64,000 bases of DNA from Halarcobacter sp. Its GTDB lineage: Bacteria > Campylobacterota > Campylobacteria > Campylobacterales > Arcobacteraceae. The stretch is taken from positions 2,912,001 to 2,976,000 of the forward strand of contig OY781089.1 of the NCBI GenBank assembly GCA_963676565.1, read 5' to 3'. The position numbers and the translations under genes were made by a program. Positions 27,038 through 37,311 of this stretch are shown piece after piece. Position 1 is the first letter of the stretch, and the number at the start of each line of letters is the position of its first letter. The notes under the pieces were generated by a model. That model did not search any database. It worked only from the letters and a program-made list of their open reading frames with translations, and was not told the DNA's origin.

Positions 27038-28433
27038 TTTTTTCTCTCTCTTCTAATTCTTTTTCTAATTTATCAAACACATCTAAATAAATACTATTTA
27101 AATATCTATTCTCATAGTCAAAAAACAATGATAACTGTTGTCTATTATTATCTTTTGGTTGTTCAAAATACTCTACAATCTTTTCAAAAGGATTATCTAT
27201 TAATATCTCAAAATCAATTATCGATAATATGTATATATTGTCTATAAAACTATAGTTCAATCTTTTTTTAATAAGATCTAAGTAATTTTCTAACATTAAT
27301 GTATGAGTATGGATAACAATAATTCCATATTGATTTTTCGCATTAATTTTATTAAAACATGATTCTATTTGTCCTAATGCTTTATCCATTGTTTTAATGA
27401 ATTCATCTTCAAGCTCTTTAATCTGACCGTTAAGGATTATGTTCTCATTAACTGGAAGTAATTTACTTTCAACAACTATTACAGAATCATCTTTTAATAG
27501 ATAATATTCAGCTTTATCTCTATTTTTTTCTTTTATTAGATTATCACATTCATAGAAGTATTCATTATGAGTGAACTTTGTCATTCTTCTTGTATAGTTC
27601 TCAAATGTAATTCCAAAGCTTCTTTTAAATCCTTTTTCATTAACTTGTAATTCACATAAAGTATCAAAAACTCTATATGTTAACGCTTCAGATAAAGAGT
27701 TTATAGATGGGATGAAATATCTTTCATTACCCAAATCAATAATTGGATACTGATCTATCAATCTCATATTCTTGACAACATCTTTTGTATATCCTAATTC
27801 TTTACATTTCATTCTATAAGATTTTATAGAAATAGAAAATTTTGATAAAAAAAGTTCAAGTTTTTTTGCTTTAATTTTTGGATCATACCCTTTTAAATGA
27901 TCAAGAATAATTTTAAAAGTAAAAGGACTATTTATATTATGATGAGAATTATGTATAGTTACAAAATAAAACATCTGTTTTGGACTAAGTCCCAAAAACT
28001 GTTTAAATAAAAGTTCTTTTTCTTCATATAAATCTAATAATCTTGAGATATCATTTCTTAATGGAGTATATTTTCTAAGTTGCTCATGGGCATATCTTGA
28101 CATAGAAACATGCAGTGAAACTTTTAAATCATTTCTAAAATTAGATTCATTATCTTTTGAATTTAAATAAAAAGATATAAATTTTCTATAATCAAGCTTA
28201 TTAGGTATTTCATTTAATTTAACAATCCTATCATCAGAATTTGAAAATCTTATTGCTAAATCTAAAATTATTGAATACCAATTTGAATTTTGTAGACAAA
28301 ATCTTTCTAATGAATCTTGTTCAAGTTTATAAAAATCTGTATCTGATAAATTTTCAAGTCTCTTTATAAACAGCATCCATTGAAATACAGTATAAGACTT
28401 CATATGATTTATTAAATTTTTATTTGTTTTCAT
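27027..28433 (-). CDS. Hypothetical protein with C-terminal PD-(D/E)xK/NERD-like nuclease domain
   Basis: FGITFENY...KAEYYL...VIVVESK...KALGQI; overlaps the next gene. Confidence 0.55.
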   Translation of the reverse strand: MKTNKNLINHMKSYTVFQWMLFIKRLENLSDTDFYKLEQDSLERFCLQNSNWYSIILDLAIRFSNSDDRIVKLNEIPNKLDYRKFISFYLNSKDNESNFRNDLKVSLHVSMSRYAHEQLRKYTPLRNDISRLLDLYEEKELLFKQFLGLSPKQMFYFVTIHNSHHNINSPFTFKIILDHLKGYDPKIKAKKLELFLSKFSISIKSYRMKCKELGYTKDVVKNMRLIDQYPIIDLGNERYFIPSINSLSEALTYRVFDTLCELQVNEKGFKRSFGITFENYTRRMTKFTHNEYFYECDNLIKEKNRDKAEYYLLKDDSVIVVESKLLPVNENIILNGQIKELEDEFIKTMDKALGQIESCFNKINAKNQYGIIVIHTHTLMLENYLDLIKKRLNYSFIDNIYILSIIDFEILIDNPFEKIVEYFEQPKDNNRQQLSLFFDYENRYLNSIYLDVFDKLEKELEEREKNEK

Positions 28434-28671
28434 TCAGAATTTATCGACCTTTATTTTTAATAACTTAATCAACACTCTTTTTGTATACTTAATTATATTA
28501 TAACTTTTAAATATATAAATAACATTTAGTTTAATATTATTTTTGTTTTTATCAGTAAGAAATCTCTCCCCAAAAAATTACATAAATTTCTATGTACAAG
28601 AAAAGCCCCATAAATAAGGTATTTCTAAAACACACAAACAGAAAGATAAACCTCAATCACAGTATTCCCGA

Positions 28672-28848
28672 TTAAAAGTATATCTTTAACAATAAAAAAG
28701 GTTTCGTTTAATGATGAGGGAGAGAAGATGATTCCCTTGAAGGGAGTGGTTGTTTAGAGGAGGTTTGAGGTGATAGGTTGGAGAAGGAAGGGGTGAGAGG
28801 AGAGAACTTGAATGGTTCGGGCTCTCCTACTCAAAGATATACTTTTAA
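28672..28848. repeat. Perfect 16-bp inverted repeat enclosing a G-rich, C-free tract
   Basis: TTAAAAGTATATCTTT (28672-28687) and AAAGATATACTTTTAA (28833-28848). Confidence 0.85.
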
Positions 28849-28852
28849 AGTT

Positions 28853-29410
28853 TTAACTACTGCCTGCAGCTGGTATCCATCGATACAATGTGGCTAATGA
28901 AATATTTAAATCCATTGCAACATCCTTTGGTAAAGAACCAGCTTTTAGTAACTTCTTTGCAGCATTTATTTTACTTTCTGTCATAACTCTTTTACGTCCT
29001 CCAATTCTACCTTGTGCTCTTGCTGCTTTCAATCCAGCTATGGTTCTTTCTTTTATCAACTCACGTTCCATCTGGGCCAGTGCAGCCATCATATGAAAGA
29101 AAAACTTGCCAGCAGGTGTCGAGGTATCAATTGAATCTGTTAAGCTCTGAAAGTTAACTCCTCTATCTTCTAATTCTCCTATTAGTGTGATAAGACTCGT
29201 CAAACTCCTTCCAAGTCGGTCAAGCTTCCATACGATTAAGGTATCTCCTTCTCTTAATACTTCAAGTAATTGATTTAATCCTGGTCTATCATCTTTAGAT
29301 CCTGATATCTGATCTTCAAATATCTTTTCACACTCTACTTTAGTTAATGCATCTCTTTGAAGAGATAGGTTTTGTTCCGAGGTAGATATTCTTGCATATC
29401 CTATTTTCAT
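28853..29410 (-). CDS. Small serine recombinase (resolvase/invertase family)
   Basis: IGYARIST, DRPGL, VWKLDRLGRS, ERELIKERTIAGL..AR..GR.GGRK, C-terminal HTH ISLATLYRW. Confidence 0.95.
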   Translation of the reverse strand: MKIGYARISTSEQNLSLQRDALTKVECEKIFEDQISGSKDDRPGLNQLLEVLREGDTLIVWKLDRLGRSLTSLITLIGELEDRGVNFQSLTDSIDTSTPAGKFFFHMMAALAQMERELIKERTIAGLKAARAQGRIGGRKRVMTESKINAAKKLLKAGSLPKDVAMDLNISLATLYRWIPAAGSS

Positions 29411-29419
29411 CTTTTATCC

Positions 29420-29555
29420 TTTCTTAAAACTCATAAGCTCTTACTTATTTGAGTAAACAGTTATAAGAATGGTTTTTGAGAATTAATCAGTTCCCATTTC
29501 TTCTTTACACAATTCTCAATTCTCTTTTTTCTATTAATCCATCCTTTTTGAGAAT
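29420..29555. promoter_or_regulatory. Putative res site upstream of the resolvase
   Basis: Several TTCTYAA / TTTTGAGAA half-sites in both orientations directly upstream of the gene. Confidence 0.5.
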
Positions 29556-29833
29556 CAAAGTCTTCTTTTTAGCATCGATAAAGGGAAATAGCATTTTCAA
29601 TAATATTTAAGTTTAAGACCATTGTATTCTATTTGGACAGTTCTAATATATGAATTTTTTATATGTTTTTTGATTGGCAAATTTAAATAAAATTATAAAG
29701 AATAAGACAGCTCTTTAATTACGCTTATATTTTAATTAACACTTCTTCATAAAAAATATGAAACTCTCACATAGTTTAAAGAAAATTAATATTAAGAGAC
29801 ACTTTCTCTTATGACTTATTTAACAGAATAATC

Positions 29834-30388
29834 TTATATTTTTAGATATTCACCTGTATTTGTAAAATGAAGATTCATTTTATCCTTAAAATCATTTATC
29901 CTACGCGAATATTTCCCTATCTTTTTCATTAGTGAGATATCTGCTTTTATTCCACAAAATATTTTTTCCGTTTCATCAGGTTTTATACTCCGTGTTTGTT
30001 GTAACATTCTAAAATCAGCATATTCTTCTTCTACTTTTGCTTCATATGTAGCAGTAAGATGTTTATATTGAAAATAAAGCTGCTCTAATTTTTTTAAAGA
30101 TGTTAATTTATCTTGAATTTCAATTACACTCATTTTTGATAATTTATTTTTTCCTAAATAACAAATTTGTATTTTTGTTCTTTGCTCATAACCAGTAGGT
30201 TCTCCTTCATTATTTAAAGAAGCATATGTTTCAGCCCCTACAAATCTAAAAGGCATAGTATTGGATAATTTAAGACTCTGAAAGCTTACAAAACGAATAA
30301 CACTTAATTTTATATCTAAATTTATAAGAAGTCTTTCAATTTTATTTTCTACTTCTTTTATGGCTTTATCATAATCTTCAAGCTCCAC
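29834..30388 (-). CDS. Hypothetical protein divergent from xis-int
   Basis: AGGAG SD before GTG start; 184 aa. Confidence 0.7.
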   Translation of the reverse strand: MELEDYDKAIKEVENKIERLLINLDIKLSVIRFVSFQSLKLSNTMPFRFVGAETYASLNNEGEPTGYEQRTKIQICYLGKNKLSKMSVIEIQDKLTSLKKLEQLYFQYKHLTATYEAKVEEEYADFRMLQQTRSIKPDETEKIFCGIKADISLMKKIGKYSRRINDFKDKMNLHFTNTGEYLKI

Positions 30389-30568
30389 TTTAATACTCCT
30401 AATTTTATTTTACTTTATAAAATATATCAAAGAACAAATTAAAGAATGATTTTTTTGCCACATTGTGAACAAATTAAGAAAAATTTAAGATTTATTTTGT
30501 AGTATTTCTTGTTCACAATTTGAACGGTTCTTTTTGTGAACACAATTAATTATACAAGGAGTAGATAA

Positions 30569-31021
30569 ATGAGTAATAAAATAAGAGCAGATTATTTGAC
30601 AAAATTAGAGTCATTAACAGAAAAAATTGTTGTCATTAAAAAAGAAACATCATTTAAATTAAATAGAGTAGAAGATGAGATCTACTATGTCTTAAATGAA
30701 TTTAAAGAGTTCGAGAAATCACAAGACATTGAAAATAAATATGATTTAACAAGATCAAAAGATGTTGAAAAATTTTTAGAACTATCAAGAGAATCTCTTA
30801 GAAGATTTAGAGAAGATGGTAGATTTAAAGAAAATGTTCATTTTAAATATGATGAGAATGAAAGAGTGAAATACATTCCGGAAGGAATCATTTCATTTGA
30901 AAAAACATTCGTTAAAAATGAAAGAAAAATTAGAACTGATAAAGAAAAACAAAATAAAGAAAAAATTAGAAAGAGTAATTTGAGTCAGTTAAATATCAAA
31001 TTTGCAGGGAGGGCTGCATAA
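30569..31021 (+). CDS. Excisionase-like HTH protein
   Basis: LTRSKDVEKFLELSRESLRRFREDGRF (MerR-like wHTH); coupled to the integrase. Confidence 0.6.
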   Translation: MSNKIRADYLTKLESLTEKIVVIKKETSFKLNRVEDEIYYVLNEFKEFEKSQDIENKYDLTRSKDVEKFLELSRESLRRFREDGRFKENVHFKYDENERVKYIPEGIISFEKTFVKNERKIRTDKEKQNKEKIRKSNLSQLNIKFAGRAA

Positions 31022-32343
31022 TGGAAACTACAAAAAATTATGAGTCAGTTGTAACTAACTATGGAATTGTTAAGCTAAGAAAAGATGGAAAATCAGGTAA
31101 TATTCTGATGGATTATAACTATTATAATATTGAGGGTAAAAAGAAAAGACGAAAAAAATCTCTTGGCATTGAATATAATGACTATAACATAAGTGACGCA
31201 AAAGAGTGGTTGCTAACTCTTGTTATGGATAAAGAAGGTAATTTTATTGTAAGAAAAGAGATTAAGAGTAAAAATTTGTTAGTTAGTGATTTTATGAAAG
31301 AAGTAAAAGAATTTTTCATGGCAGAGAAAAATAGGTCACAAACTAATAAAACATATGTTTCAATGTTAGAGAATCATTTTGTTCCTGTTTTTTCTAACCA
31401 TTATGTTCACGAAATTACTACAAGTGATTTAAATGCTTTGTTCTTAAACATTAAGAATAAAAGCAAGTATGATCAAGCAGGCGTGGAATTAAATGTAAAA
31501 ACTCTACGAAATATCAAGACCCCTATTAGTAAGTTCTTTCAAATAGCTATTGATGCAAAGATTATTACTATTAATCCAATGATAAACATCAATAAATCAT
31601 ATTTTAAAAACAAAAAGCAAATACTTACAAAAGGGAAAGGATATGATCTTAATACTAAAAAAGAATTAATTGATAACGATGAAAATCATGTTGATCCTTT
31701 CACTGAAGACGAGATTATAAAGCTTCTTGCTGCTGCAAAAGGAAAATTTAGAAATTTTATAGGAATCTTATTTTTTACAGGAATGAGACCCTCTGAACTT
31801 ATTTGTTTAAAATGGGAGAATATAGATATTGAAGGCAGATTCTTAATTATTGAAGAAGCAAGGACAGGAAATGAAACTGAAGAGGAGACTGCAGCAGGAT
31901 TGACAAAAACTCGATCATCAAAAAGGAGCATAGACCTTTCAGAAAAAGCACTTCATTTTATTAAAGAACAATACAAATACTCAGGCGAAACTGAGGGTGA
32001 ACTTTTTAAAACTCAATATGGTGAACCTTATAAAAACCATGATACTTTTACTGCCAACGATTGGGGCAAGCTTTTTGACAAAGTAAGAAAAGATAAGGCA
32101 AAAAACCATATTCCAAACAATTTAAATATTAGACATAGAAGACTTTATCAGCTAAGACATAGTTTTGCATCAATTAACCTTTCTGGAAACAAATTACCTC
32201 TTCTATATGTTAGTAAAATTTTAGGACATAGAGATCCCGAAACAACACTAAGAAAATATTCGAAATGGGTTGATTTAAATAAAGACTCTTCTTTTAATAT
32301 GTTAGATAAAGCAACTGAAGCATTTGATTCTTTAATAGCATAA
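31021..32343 (+). CDS. Tyrosine recombinase/integrase
   Basis: TGMRPSEL, TKT, YQLRHSFAS, ILGH, TTLRKY catalytic motifs; adjacent to tRNA. Confidence 0.95.
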   Translation: METTKNYESVVTNYGIVKLRKDGKSGNILMDYNYYNIEGKKKRRKKSLGIEYNDYNISDAKEWLLTLVMDKEGNFIVRKEIKSKNLLVSDFMKEVKEFFMAEKNRSQTNKTYVSMLENHFVPVFSNHYVHEITTSDLNALFLNIKNKSKYDQAGVELNVKTLRNIKTPISKFFQIAIDAKIITINPMININKSYFKNKKQILTKGKGYDLNTKKELIDNDENHVDPFTEDEIIKLLAAAKGKFRNFIGILFFTGMRPSELICLKWENIDIEGRFLIIEEARTGNETEEETAAGLTKTRSSKRSIDLSEKALHFIKEQYKYSGETEGELFKTQYGEPYKNHDTFTANDWGKLFDKVRKDKAKNHIPNNLNIRHRRLYQLRHSFASINLSGNKLPLLYVSKILGHRDPETTLRKYSKWVDLNKDSSFNMLDKATEAFDSLIA

Positions 32344-32570
32344 TACTTTACTAAAAAACTGAAACTGTAAAACCTCAATTCATAGTTTTCTATGTACTGG
32401 GGTTTTTTCTATAACGATTCTCTTCTTTTCCCATAATAATAACAGTAATTTTATCATTCCCTAAATTATAAAATTTAGAAAAAAGGTAACACTCTTTAAA
32501 GTTAAAGCATCTTAATTAATTTTTTGATTTTCTTGTTTGTCCGAAAGTTGTCCGAAGAAGTTTTTGGAGT

Positions 32571-32604
32571 TTTGATATAAGCCCCATAAATGGGCTATAT
32601 CAAA
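32571..32604 (-). terminator. Hairpin immediately 3' of tRNA-Ser
   Basis: TTTGATATA-A-GCCC...GGGC-TATATCAAA. Confidence 0.55.
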
Positions 32605-32695
32605 TGGCGGACAAGGAGGGATTCGAACCCTCGGTACCGTTGCCAGTACGCATCCTTAGCAGGGATGTGGTTTCAGCCAACTCACCCACTTGTCC
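32605..32695 (-). tRNA. tRNA-Ser(GCT)
   Basis: GGACAAG acceptor, CATCC-CTGCTAA-GGATG anticodon arm, long variable arm, GGTTCGAATCC, CCA end. Confidence 0.97.
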
Positions 32696-32807
32696 TTATG
32701 AATTAGGGATGTAATTTTACTTACTAAGTACTTAAAAAATTCTTAATTTTATAACTTTTTTTCATCTTTTTTAAAAGTTATTAAAAAAGGAAAAAAGAAA
32801 TGGAAAA

Positions 32808-33494
32808 TTAAATATTTTCCAATATCTTTTTTACTACCTCTTTAGGATTTTCTGCTTTATAAATTGGTCTTCCAACTACAATAAAATCAACTAAATTCTC
32901 TTTTGAAAAAGGGATAGTAGCTACTCTTTTTTGATCACCACTATCTTCACCAAAAGGTCTAATACCTGGACATAAAGTTATAAACTCTGTAGATGTATTA
33001 TTTTTAATATCTAAACTTTCAAAAGCAGAACAAACTACACCATCAACTTTTGATTCAAAAGTATCTATAGCCATTTTAGTTGCTTTAGTTTCTATATCTT
33101 CATTATATACAGCCTTGAACTCTTCATTATCAAAAGATGTTAGAGCTGTAACTGCTAAAACCAATGGTTTATTTGGAATATCTTTAATTCTATCCATTAC
33201 AGTATTCATAGCTGTTTTACCTGAACTTGCATGAACATTAAACATATCGACTAAACCAAATTGAGCAATCTCTTGGGCTGCATCAGCCATGGTATTTGGT
33301 ATATCATAAAGTTTTAAATCTAAAAATATTTTGAAATTAGAATTAATTGCTTTTAAATCTTCTAAAAACTTTTTACCATCTCTAATGTAAGATCTAAATC
33401 CAACTTTTAACCATACATCAAAATCTTTAATTTGTTCTACTAAGGCCAAATTTTCTTTTGCACTTGGTAAATCTAATGATACACAAAGTTTCAT
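32808..33494 (-). CDS. pyrF: Orotidine-5'-phosphate decarboxylase
   Basis: [24 protein letters not shown]. Confidence 0.97.
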   Translation of the reverse strand: MKLCVSLDLPSAKENLALVEQIKDFDVWLKVGFRSYIRDGKKFLEDLKAINSNFKIFLDLKLYDIPNTMADAAQEIAQFGLVDMFNVHASSGKTAMNTVMDRIKDIPNKPLVLAVTALTSFDNEEFKAVYNEDIETKATKMAIDTFESKVDGVVCSAFESLDIKNNTSTEFITLCPGIRPFGEDSGDQKRVATIPFSKENLVDFIVVGRPIYKAENPKEVVKKILENI

Positions 33495-33495
33495 C

Positions 33496-33891
33496 TTAAG
33501 CCTTGTTGATTTTGTCTAAAAGACCATTTATAAATTTAGGCGCTCCATCACTTGCTAGTCTTTTTGAAAGTTCAATTGCTTCATTTATAACTATTGGTTT
33601 ATCTAAATCTTTAAATAAAATCTCATAAATTGCAAGTCTTAAAATTGATTTTTCAACTGAACCAATATCTTTTATTCCACCTTGATTTAGATGTGAAACT
33701 ATCTCCTCATCAATTTTTTCAATGTTATTTACTACACCATTAAATAAATCAAGGGCAAATTCTTTTTGCTTGTTTCTGATTTTTTTGTCTTCTAAAATCT
33801 CATCAACATATTTAACAATACCTTCATTACCTAAATCATACGCATATAAAAGACCAATTACTGATTCTCTAGCTTGTGTTCTTGTAGCCAA
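33496..33891 (-). CDS. nusB: Transcription antitermination factor NusB
   Basis: [30 protein letters not shown]. Confidence 0.96.
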   Translation of the reverse strand: MATRTQARESVIGLLYAYDLGNEGIVKYVDEILEDKKIRNKQKEFALDLFNGVVNNIEKIDEEIVSHLNQGGIKDIGSVEKSILRLAIYEILFKDLDKPIVINEAIELSKRLASDGAPKFINGLLDKINKA

Positions 33892-33892
33892 A

Positions 33893-34363
33893 TTATTTTC
33901 CTATTTCACTATATAAATCTAACATCTCAATAATAGTAACCATAGCCTCTGCACCTTTGTTTCCAACTTTACTTCCAGCTCTTTCAATCGCTTGTTCAAT
34001 TGTATCAGTTGTTAAAACTCCATTTGAAACAGGTTTTCCATATTTTAATGTAACAGTTGCAATACCTTTAGTTGCTTCAGCAGAGATATAATCAAAATGA
34101 GGAGTTGCACCTCTAATTACAGCACCTACACAACAAACTGCATCATATTTTCCAGTTTCAAGAGCTTTTTCTAAAGCAAATGGGATTTCAAATGCACCTG
34201 GAACTAAAATCAAATCTAAATTCTCTTCATTTCCACCATGTCTAACAAAGGCATCTTTTGCACCTTCAACTAATCTATCTGTAATAATGTGATTAAATCT
34301 TCCATTGATAACGGCAACTTTTTCATCACCTTTTAATCTTAATTTTCCTTCAATAATGTTCAT
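33893..34363 (-). CDS. ribH: 6,7-dimethyl-8-ribityllumazine synthase
   Basis: [27 protein letters not shown]. Confidence 0.97.
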   Translation of the reverse strand: MNIIEGKLRLKGDEKVAVINGRFNHIITDRLVEGAKDAFVRHGGNEENLDLILVPGAFEIPFALEKALETGKYDAVCCVGAVIRGATPHFDYISAEATKGIATVTLKYGKPVSNGVLTTDTIEQAIERAGSKVGNKGAEAMVTIIEMLDLYSEIGK

Positions 34364-34392
34364 ACTTACCTCTTTAATTTTAACTAAGGGCG

Positions 34393-35193
34393 CTAATTAT
34401 ACCCTAATACATCTTTGATAGCAAAAATGTCTTCTACAACCTTATATAACTCATCCACTTGAACCATATTTGGTCCATCACTTAAAGCAACACTTGGATC
34501 AAAATGAGTTTCAAAGAAAAATCCATCAACACCAACTGCAGCTGCTGCTTTTGCTAAACTTGGAACAATTGCAGCATTTCCTCCTGTTGTTCCACCTGTA
34601 CTTGGAACTTGTGCAGAGTGAGTTGCATCAAAAATTACTGGAGCATACTCTCTCATTGCAATTAGATTTTTCATATCCACAACTAATGCACCATATCCAA
34701 AGGTATTACCTCTTTCACAAAGCCAAACATTGTTTTCCTTAGAGTTTTCATATGAAACCTCATCACAACCTCTAGTTCTTAATACTTTTTCAACTGGGTG
34801 TTTCATAGAACCAGCTGCTAAAAACTGCCCCTTTTTAATATTAATTTTACAATCTGTCTTAGCAGCAGCTACTAATAAATCTGTTTGTCTACATAAAAAA
34901 GCAGGAATTTGAAGCACATCTAATACTTCAGCAGCAGGTGCAGCTTGGTAAGATTCGTGAATATCAGTTACAAGTCGATATCCAAATTGTTCTTTTACTT
35001 CTTGGAATAATTTTAATCCCTCATCTAATCCAGGTCCTCTAAAAGAGTCTAAACTAGTCCTATTTGCTTTATCAAATGAAGCTTTAAAATAAAAATCTAC
35101 CCTTTTATCTTCACTTAATGGTTTCAATTTTTCTGCAATTCTCATTACAGTATCTCTATCTTCTAAAACACATGGTCCTGTTAATACAATCAC
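34393..35193 (-). CDS. kdsA: KDO-8-phosphate synthase
   Basis: [33 protein letters not shown]. Confidence 0.97.
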   Translation of the reverse strand: MIVLTGPCVLEDRDTVMRIAEKLKPLSEDKRVDFYFKASFDKANRTSLDSFRGPGLDEGLKLFQEVKEQFGYRLVTDIHESYQAAPAAEVLDVLQIPAFLCRQTDLLVAAAKTDCKINIKKGQFLAAGSMKHPVEKVLRTRGCDEVSYENSKENNVWLCERGNTFGYGALVVDMKNLIAMREYAPVIFDATHSAQVPSTGGTTGGNAAIVPSLAKAAAAVGVDGFFFETHFDPSVALSDGPNMVQVDELYKVVEDIFAIKDVLGYN

Positions 35194-35208
35194 ACATTAT
35201 CCTTTTTT

Positions 35209-36894
35209 CTAATTCTTATTAAATATTGTTCTTTTCTCTTCACCTGTGTAAACATAATGAAACTCATAAAAGTTTTGAGCAATATATTCTATATCATTTT
35301 TTGCATTTTCATCACAAGCAAAAAGTATCTCATCTTCTTCATGTAATTTTATATCATGTTCTGGTAAAAGTTTATATTCACCGTTTCTATGAATCAATAG
35401 CGGTATTATATTGTTTTTTTGTTCTCTATTATATAAAGAGCAATTAAAAATCTCTAAAAAAATCTCTTTATTTTCTTTAATTGCCTTAAAAATCTCAGGG
35501 GAATTAGTCTTATCTATCTTTTGTTCATGTAAGATTGGATTTTCATCTATTGTCTGTATTAAATCTTTTACAAGTTTAGAAGCCCATACATCATCTTGCT
35601 TACACATCATTCTAATAAATTTATCAGATAGTGGACTTATAAGTGCATTTGTAGTTTTATTAATTAAAATTCTTGAAGGCATAAAAATATGATCAATTTT
35701 AGCACTTTTGAAAATAGATAAATCCTCCATCTCATTTTCTCTTGCTATTGTCATAATCTTTGGATTCAATTTCTTTGCAGTTGCTAAGATTGAAAGATTT
35801 GTTGTATCATTATTTGTAGCAGAAATAATAGCAACAGCATCTTCAATACCCACATTTAGAAGTAGTTCTTTATCATCTGCATTACCAAAAGTTATATGTC
35901 TTTTTAGATCACTATTAAAAGTTCCAACTTTTGCTTTATTCATCTCTATAAACTCAGCTTCAACCTTATCTGAACGTAAAACATTATAAATATGTTGTCC
36001 CATTCTCCCAAATCCACAAACTATATATTTACCCTTAGGGAAAACTGGAAGATTTGCATTTAGATTATCTATTTTATAAATCCATTTTTCAAGTTTTAAT
36101 AAGTTTGGTGCATTTATTGCCATTTCTATTTCACTTGAAATTATAGAAAAAGGGTTTGCTATTATCTCCACATCCAAATCCCTTAAGTTTTCACTGTGGT
36201 TTGTAGTAGTAGATTTAATAGCAAGTCTTACATGTGGATTTAAAAGTTTTGAAGTTAAGGCAATTCTTAAATTCAAAGAGTCATTTTCAAAAATTGAAAC
36301 TAATCCTTTACAATTGTATTTTTTAATACCAGCTTCCTCTAAGGCCTTTGGAGTAAAAGCATCAGCAACTAAAACTGGAACTGTAGGGGTAAAGTTTTCA
36401 AGTCTTAGGGCACTTGCCCTTTCTTCATCCTTTTCAATTACAACTGTTCTAATACCTTGTTCAATTGCTCTATTTATAATTTCACTTGTGATTTGATTAT
36501 AACCTAAAATGATTATGAATTTATCTTTTAATCTTTTTACTTGATGAATAAATCTTGTTCGCTCAATCTCCCTTAAAAAAAGTTTATCTTGAAGTAAGGC
36601 AACCAAAGTACCAATTCCATAAAACCACCCAAGAACAGTTAGATAGATAGAAAAGCTAACCCAAAGTCTTTGGGGATAAGTAAAGGTATATGGAGTTTCA
36701 CCAAAACCAATTGTTGAGGCAGTATATGATACAAAATAAAATGCATCAAAAATACTCATATGATAAATATTTCCTTTATCATCAACTCCATCAATTATTA
36801 ATAAACCAATAATAGCAATGGTATATGTAACAATAATTACAATAAATGGTCTTCTCATCCTTTGAAGGATGATAAATAAAGAACTATTTTTCAA
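35209..36894 (-). CDS. Potassium channel protein with two TrkA-N (RCK) domains
   Basis: TASTIGFGE pore motif; ILGYNQI and VCGFGRMG Rossmann motifs. Confidence 0.88.
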   Translation of the reverse strand: MKNSSLFIILQRMRRPFIVIIVTYTIAIIGLLIIDGVDDKGNIYHMSIFDAFYFVSYTASTIGFGETPYTFTYPQRLWVSFSIYLTVLGWFYGIGTLVALLQDKLFLREIERTRFIHQVKRLKDKFIIILGYNQITSEIINRAIEQGIRTVVIEKDEERASALRLENFTPTVPVLVADAFTPKALEEAGIKKYNCKGLVSIFENDSLNLRIALTSKLLNPHVRLAIKSTTTNHSENLRDLDVEIIANPFSIISSEIEMAINAPNLLKLEKWIYKIDNLNANLPVFPKGKYIVCGFGRMGQHIYNVLRSDKVEAEFIEMNKAKVGTFNSDLKRHITFGNADDKELLLNVGIEDAVAIISATNNDTTNLSILATAKKLNPKIMTIARENEMEDLSIFKSAKIDHIFMPSRILINKTTNALISPLSDKFIRMMCKQDDVWASKLVKDLIQTIDENPILHEQKIDKTNSPEIFKAIKENKEIFLEIFNCSLYNREQKNNIIPLLIHRNGEYKLLPEHDIKLHEEDEILFACDENAKNDIEYIAQNFYEFHYVYTGEEKRTIFNKN

Positions 36895-36906
36895 AAAAAG
36901 CCTTTA

Positions 36907-37284
36907 TTATCTTTTTGATTTTAAAGTATCACCAACATACAACATAACTGAAACTATGTTTGCTAATAACGCTCCACCTGATAAAGATATAATTACTGAT
37001 ATAATCTCCGTATTTATTGTATAAGCATATGCCGCAACTGTCCAAACTGTAGCTGCTGCAATCAATTGAATATCTGCAACAAGTGAAGTTGCTAATAAAA
37101 CTGAACCCATTTGTGTTTTATCACCAAGCTTTAATATTGTAGCTATTACATTAATTATAATTGCCGCCATAAGTTCATATTTACTATGGTGTTCTAAAGA
37201 ACTCATATCTCCATAGAAGAAACCAAAATTTATTGTCATTGCTAAAATAATAAAAAAACCTGAGATAACCTTATCAAGATTCAT
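36907..37284 (-). CDS. Conserved membrane protein (DUF6394-like), channel-associated
   Basis: Four hydrophobic helices; LATSLVADIQLIAA. Confidence 0.7.
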   Translation of the reverse strand: MNLDKVISGFFIILAMTINFGFFYGDMSSLEHHSKYELMAAIIINVIATILKLGDKTQMGSVLLATSLVADIQLIAAATVWTVAAYAYTINTEIISVIISLSGGALLANIVSVMLYVGDTLKSKR

Positions 37285-37311
37285 ATATCTTCCTTTAATT
37301 CTATTTGGGAA

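Larger units (their letters stand above)
1..32604. mobile_element. Genomic (defence) island integrated at the 3' end of tRNA-Ser(GCT); other boundary lies left of the window
   Basis: Tyrosine integrase and Xis-like gene end ~260 bp from the tRNA 3' end. Cargo is R-M, helicase-nuclease, WYL, resolvase and hypotheticals. Housekeeping genes start abruptly beyond the tRNA. No duplicated tRNA 3' end seen inside the window. Confidence 0.85.

Noticed and set aside
1..32604. Prophage or conjugative ICE call for the island
   Set aside because: No capsid, terminase, relaxase or T4SS genes in the visible part; they cannot be excluded beyond the left edge.
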